A stretch of DNA of 64,000 bases from Chrysomallon squamiferum. Lineage: Eukaryota; Animalia; Mollusca. Shown here piece after piece: positions 57,523 to 64,000 of this stretch. The DNA is taken from NCBI GenBank assembly GCA_012295275.1, contig CM022676.1, positions 5,084,001 through 5,148,000 on the forward strand. The letters run 5' to 3'. Each line of letters starts with the position of its first letter. Positions within the stretch are counted from its first letter, which is position 1. The notes under the pieces are model-generated. The model was not told the DNA's origin, ran no database searches, and worked only from the letters and a program-made list of their open reading frames with translations. Position numbers and translations under genes: made by a program.

Positions 57523-58264
57523 TTATTCGGCTTCTTCAGGATTCTCAGCTGCTTCACCTTCATTTTCTTCCACCGTTTCATCTTTCGGTTCTTCTGCAAC
57601 TTCTTCGGTTTTTTCTCCTTCAGGTTCAGTTGGTTCGGTTGTTTCAGTTGGTTCAGTAGGTTCAGTAGGTTCGGTTGCTTCGGTAGGTTCAGTTGTTTCT
57701 TCTTGACCAGCTCCCCCAGATTCTGTGAAATTTTTAAAATAAATTTTGAATACGTAAATCTTAAGAAAATAAAAACATAAATATGAACACACGTATATCT
57801 ATTTTTTTTATGTTTACACAAACACACACACACAAAACCACTCGTATATACACCAAGACTAACTATTACCATCTATGTTAATTAATGTAGTCAGTAATTA
57901 CAAAATTAGTGCGATTCCAATTAAAATTAAAATAATAATTAGTCACAAGGATTAATAAATTTTGTTCTTGAGAAACAGTGAAATATTTAAATAGCTAGTA
58001 ATAATAAATAACAATAATAATATGATAATAATAATAATTATTATTATTATTATTGTAATAATGCTATGTTCATTAAATTAAGTTATAACAAATTAATGTA
58101 ATCAATTTATAAATAATGTCATTCTATTGAAAATCACATTTAAAAAACCCACATAGAAACGAAAAAAATAATAATAATAATAAAAAGAATTTATACACAT
58201 TAATAATTATTTCTTGCAATAATTAATTTTCTCAGATGTTAATTTATAAATTATTGTTTTACAA

Positions 58265-58301
<37 letters not shown>

Positions 58302-58861
58302 GTGTAATAATAATAATTGTAATAACATTAAAAATAACAATAATAATAATAATGCATAATACATAACTACAAACATTAAATTGACAGTTGTATCAAATAG
58401 AAAGAAATATACAAAATATATCTACCTTATGAATATTATAAAAAATATTTTAAAATATTTAACTGGAATATAAATATTTCTTTTATGTACATTCTAACCT
58501 TTTAATTTTTTAAATGGAAACATAGCATATGTGTTTTAAATGTTCTACCTTCTTTTAAAACACTTAAATTGAAATGTATAAAACATATATCTGTTTCAAA
58601 TACAATACATTTATTTAAAATGAAATCATAGAAAAAAACCTTAAAACATTTAAATAGATAATCAGTATATTATTAATTTTAAGATATACTAATAACATTT
58701 TTCTTTTTTTTTATTATTATTATTATTATCTTATATCATATTTTACAAATATTTTTCTCAGTTCTCCTGATTTGATAAGCTATGTATCATGACTAACAGA
58801 ACAAACAACACATTCCACAGACAAAAGCATACAACAAAACATTGTGACAAGGGAGGGTGCA

Positions 58862-58906
<45 letters not shown>

Positions 58907-61563
58907 TAAAATAACAACAGTTGCCTGTTTTGCAGGCTGTATAAATCTAATAAAACAATGATAGAAGTATCAGTTAAAAATATGAAATTGAAGTTTCTGC
59001 TTTGAATTATATTCTAAAATTTGTCACAATGATTAATAAAGTGATACAAATTTTTCTTGAGAAAAGGTTGAAATATTTTATAACTAGTAACAACAAATAA
59101 CAATGATTTGATAATAATAATAATAATAATTATAATAATGATATTTATGATTATAATGATGATGATAATGATGATATTAATGATAATAAATGGAGATACA
59201 TAGCTGGACTGATGGAAGGGTAGATAGATAGGATGAAAAAAATTGTCAGTTATGTCCTAAATCTTTTAATAAAATTACCATAATCAACATATGTGTTTAC
59301 ATGTGAACATATAAATGATACTATTTTCAACCAGGTATAGTTTATCCTTTTTTTTTTTTTTAAATTTATCATTTCCATAGGCATGACGTGACTACAAAAA
59401 ATCTGTAAGTATGATTATAAATTTACATATCATTTCATGTTAGTAGAATTTATGATCTATCTACTCAACTCCTTATCTCAAGTCATCTTAACAAACAATC
59501 AAATATTCAAAAAAGGTTATTTTCACATCATCAACATCTGTTGCTGAACTATGTGCAGTACCATACTGTTAAAACTATTTATATACATACACACACAACA
59601 ATATATTTATCTGTTTAAAACTCTATGCAGTAACGAACAATATGGAACTATGTGACTACTGATATCGGTGAAAGATGGGAAAAGCAGATTTTTCTATCAG
59701 ACTAAACAAGTGTTTTTACAGATAAGTTACTTGTCTTATATATTTATTTATTTATTTTTCTTTTTTTTTTTTAAGCATTCTTCATGCTTGTAACTATGTC
59801 TTCATATGAAATGATCATGTATGATCAAAATGTTTAAGGTCTAGATGAAAATTATTTTAAATTAAGGAATAGGGTATATCGTTTATTATTTCTTAATTTC
59901 TGTCACTTCATAGAAATATTTTATTCAGAAAAGAAGTGTTGGTTGCAGGAAGAAATGAAGTGAATTCTCATTGGTGCACATACCAATACCATTGTGCTAA
60001 GTTGTTATTTTTTTTATAAATCGTTATATGTAAATCTTTATAATACACAAAATATTGATTCTGTTCACCTTCTAGATAGGAATATTTTTGTATTTATTTA
60101 TTTTGTTTTTTTTTTTAAATTTGCAGGCTTTTTGTTGATGAAAAATAGAAAATTTTCAGCAGAATATTTGTAAATCAGGTAAGACTTTATACATTAAAAA
60201 AAAATAATAATAATAATAATATAAATAAGAGAATACATTAATCAGAAATAATTGATCCACCCTAAAGGATCTGTGGGTAATACATTACCCTCCCTGTGTT
60301 ACTCTATACAAATCTAGACTTTCTAAAACATCTTTCTCCCAGTAATATTAAATCTGACAGATCTTTATGTTGTTAATAATGAGAGTAACATATAAGTAAG
60401 AACACTTGTGGATATAGTTACATGTATGGGGTTGGTTTTTTTTTTTTTGGTGTGTTTTTAAGGGTTCTTTAAGGGAGTTTTTTTTTTACCACATCATACC
60501 TTAAAATATTAAAACTCTGTGAATAAAAAGAACATTAGAAAAGTTATGAAAGGTTAGTTGTTAATACAGAAATTACAAACATTTTACTATTATATATCAA
60601 TTAATCCATACAGAAATTAAAACTTATTTCAGAAGATATGAAACTCCTGTTTTAAATGCATGGATCATACTGGCCACACACACACATATATATAATAAAT
60701 AATAAAATTCATCATTCCAGATAAAGAATTGTAATTTTGTGAATGTTTAATTACTAACATTAAAAACTGAAAAAACATTTTATTACTCCAGCAAAAATCA
60801 TGAAAATACATTTAGATCTTAACATTAATGCTTTCTTCTGGAGAAACTATAAAAAGGACCAGTATAGAGAAATTAATTTTTTGTTTTGGTTAGAAATGTT
60901 AAATTTAAATATTTAAAAAAATGAGGAAAAATATGTTATTCATGCAAAATGATACTATCTTTATATCAAGATTTTTTTTTTTTAATGTTTTATTTTAAAA
61001 CTGAATTAGAATTTTTAAAACATTAAAGGACCAACATAGAGAAATATTAATTTTTTCATTAGAAATATTAAATTTAAAACATTTTTAAAAAAAAAAAAAA
61101 TAAAAAAAATTCATGCTAAATGATACTATCTCTATATCAAGATTTTTTCTTTATTTTTATTTGAAATTCGAATTTGAATTTTTAAAAGGAAATTAAATAA
61201 ACTGTAATCAAATGTAACCCAATTTTTGTCCTGAATTCATCAATAAAAAAATCAACAGGTTACAAATCTACCTCTGCACCCATTTTAGTTTAACCGACAA
61301 AAACGTACTAACCATCTTTACTTTCTGTCACTTCCTGTAGTTTTGCTAATTCAGCAGCCTCTGCAGCAGCAGCAGCAGCAGCCTCCTCTTCCTCCTCTTC
61401 TTCAGTCTTCAGCTGTATTGCCCTCACTGGGCCAGCCTTCCATTTTGGTATTATAATTGGTTGTGGTTCTTCTTCCTCTGCTTTGTCTTCAGGCTAATTA
61501 GAAACAATTAGTGTTTAAATTTGGAATTAATTATGATGATGATGGTGACAATGATGGTATTGA

Positions 61564-61597
<34 letters not shown>

Positions 61598-63805
61598 GGT
61601 GAAGGTAATGATGATGATGATAATATTAATAAATAATGATGATGATGAAAATGATGATGATGATAATAAATAATGGATGATGGATGATTATAATTACAAT
61701 ATAATGATGGTGATAATGATGATCATAACTACAACAACAATAATTATAACTAAATGTCAATGGTGTTATATAATACAAATAAAAAAATAGTAAAAATTAA
61801 ATAACTGCATATATATATAGTTCATTTATTTATTTATTTATATTAAATGTAAACTTTCAGGTAATATTTTACAATCTGTTAAAAATGTTAAAAGTGTTAC
61901 CTGTTCAGGTACAACATATTCTCCAAGCTGCTCACAACCAATATCAAAAACATATTTTCCTTTTCCTTCCATCTGAAATATAACAACAACAACAACAACA
62001 CTAATTATAATAAGAATTACAATTAAAAATGAACGATTGATATTAAAGACATATTAATATTAATAACACTGCCCGATATTAATTTTATTCACACTATTCA
62101 TAATAATACTGTCCATATAATGCAAATATTTATATTAATACTATTATACAAATTATATTCAAAATATTCATATAATTTGCATTCTTGATAATACCGCCCA
62201 CACCATATTAATATTTATCATATTAATATTTATCAAATTATATTATTCATGTATTAATCTCTACACACCCTGTCCTCTTTAAATTTTCCGACGTATTTGT
62301 GGTTGCTGTGTATCAGTTCGCCGTGGCCGTCACGCTTCCCGTTTACCCACGTCCCAATGTACTTTGTTCCAGTCTCCGCGTATGTGTAACACCCTTGACC
62401 GTGTCGAACGTGGTTGGCCCACTCTCCTTCGTATGTGTCGTTATTCACATAATAATACTTTCCAAACCCACACCTCTGGTCTTCAACCCAGCTACCTGAA
62501 GATTGTATAAAAAAAAATAATAATAATAATAATATTGATTTGAAATTCATATTTCTACGAATAATAATAATGATGATGATGATGATGATTAGATTTATTC
62601 TGCACCAAAATAATTATTCTTAATTTTTTTAATTTATTTATCATTTTGTTGATATTATTATTACTTTATTTTATTTTATTATTATTACTTTATGTTATTT
62701 TATTATTATTACTTTATTTTTTTTTTTTTTTTATTTATTCTTATAGGTATTATCTTGATTTTAACTGACAACAAATAATTTAAATGGTTTCTAATGTACT
62801 GTATATTTAATTTCTAAATTTATAACCATAAGTTAGAAAAAATAAAGATTTTCAACTTGTTCAGTCTATCAAAACATTTTTTTTTAAAATGACATCCTCT
62901 TATTCTTTTTATTATTTATAATACATTTCATACAAATTTTTCAGTATGTAAAATTCCTGCTAAACATATATACTTTTTTCTTCAATAATTGAGATATCTT
63001 GTTATAAATATGTTTTTAGTAACTGAAATATTTTACTATGAAATTTATTTCAGTAACTGAAATAAAGTGTCCTGCCATGAGAGTGAAAAGTAATGGATCT
63101 ATCAATATTTCAATAACTCACCCTCATATTTTGAACCATCTGGATATATAAACGTTCCCTGTCCATGTTTCTTATTTTTGGCATATTCACCAATATATCT
63201 GGCTCCATTCTTAAACCTGAAAATAAATAAACAGTTACAGAGAGACAGACAAACAGCTACATAGATAACTAAATATATAAACAGATAGAGAAGACAAACA
63301 AACAGAAAGCCAAATAGACAGACAAATAGATGATATAAATAAGAAAATAAAATATACTCTTGGAATATAAATATTTGTTACAATAATTTTACAATAATTA
63401 AATAAATAAAGAAGAAAACAGGCATTTTTATTCTGTTATTATTCTATAAATGCACAATTACACTCCCTCCTGTTATTTTATTTTATTTTATTTTATTTTA
63501 TTTTTTTTATTGGGAATGTTTTTGGAGGGGTTTGGAGGAAGGCAGTATAGTTCATAAGTCAGGTTCACATATTAAAACCACAAACATAATAAGAGAAAAA
63601 CAATTTATCCCACATTAACAAAGATAAGTTACGTACTGATATGTTTTACTTTAAGGTTTTAAAAACGTTTAAATAATTACCTGTACACTCCCTGTCCGTG
63701 ACGTTTTCCATTTTCGTAAAGACCTTCATAAGTATCACCATTAGGAAGAGTTGCTTTACCATGCCCGTGTCTTTCTTCACGTTCATTCCTCCCACCTTCA
63801 TATTC
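57523..63805 (-). CDS. RSPH1: Radial spoke head 1 homologue (MORN-repeat protein); first exon beyond the window end
   Basis: Exons 63805-63681, 63216-63122, 62495-62269, 61972-61901, 61493-61313, 57722-57523 with compatible phases. [63 protein letters not shown] and IPKWKA match recalled RSPH1. Confidence 0.95.
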
Positions 63806-64000
63806 CTAGATAACAACACAACACTAACTTTATCATAAAGTATATAAAATTAATCGAAATTAATTATGTTCACATGAACCGTTTGTCATAACAATCTAAT
63901 CAAATAAATTTAACTTCATAAACTCTAGGTTTTAATTATTCTACTTTTGCATTCAAATTGTTTTGTTTTAAAAAATTACTTTGAAAGTACCACTAAAACT

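Noticed and set aside
59515-59570. Possible alternative RSPH1 exon after a ttttaacag acceptor
   Set aside because: Hits a stop within a few codons in the required phase and has no clear donor.

Overview
Very AT-rich, microsatellite-dense animal nuclear DNA with spliceosomal introns; the style suggests a mollusc or other lophotrochozoan (inference). Most short ORFs in the track are microsatellite artefacts. Reading exons by hand gives five gene models. (1) CFAP44/WDR52, minus strand, 33 exons from ATG 29638 down to 262, continuing past the window start. (2) A head-to-head single-coding-exon C2H2 zinc-finger gene (+, 31941-36113) split by one in-frame TGA. (3) A small, poorly resolved type II membrane-protein-like gene (-, ~39.3-41.9 kb). 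(4) NKAPD1/C11orf57 (+, from 47942) with a GC-AG intron and a frameshift in its last exon. (5) RSPH1 (-, 63805-57523; first exon outside the window). Best-supported oddities: a textbook U12-type intron in CFAP44, repeated tandem copies of CFAP44's own splice junctions inside its introns, an X-box-like palindrome fused to a donor site, and the in-frame TGA-C in the zinc-finger gene. Several frame disruptions, including one badly garbled CFAP44 exon, suggest uncorrected long-read indels, so recoding claims need read-level checks. I could not demonstrate a new biological system. No CRISPR array, rRNA, tRNA or intact transposon was seen.
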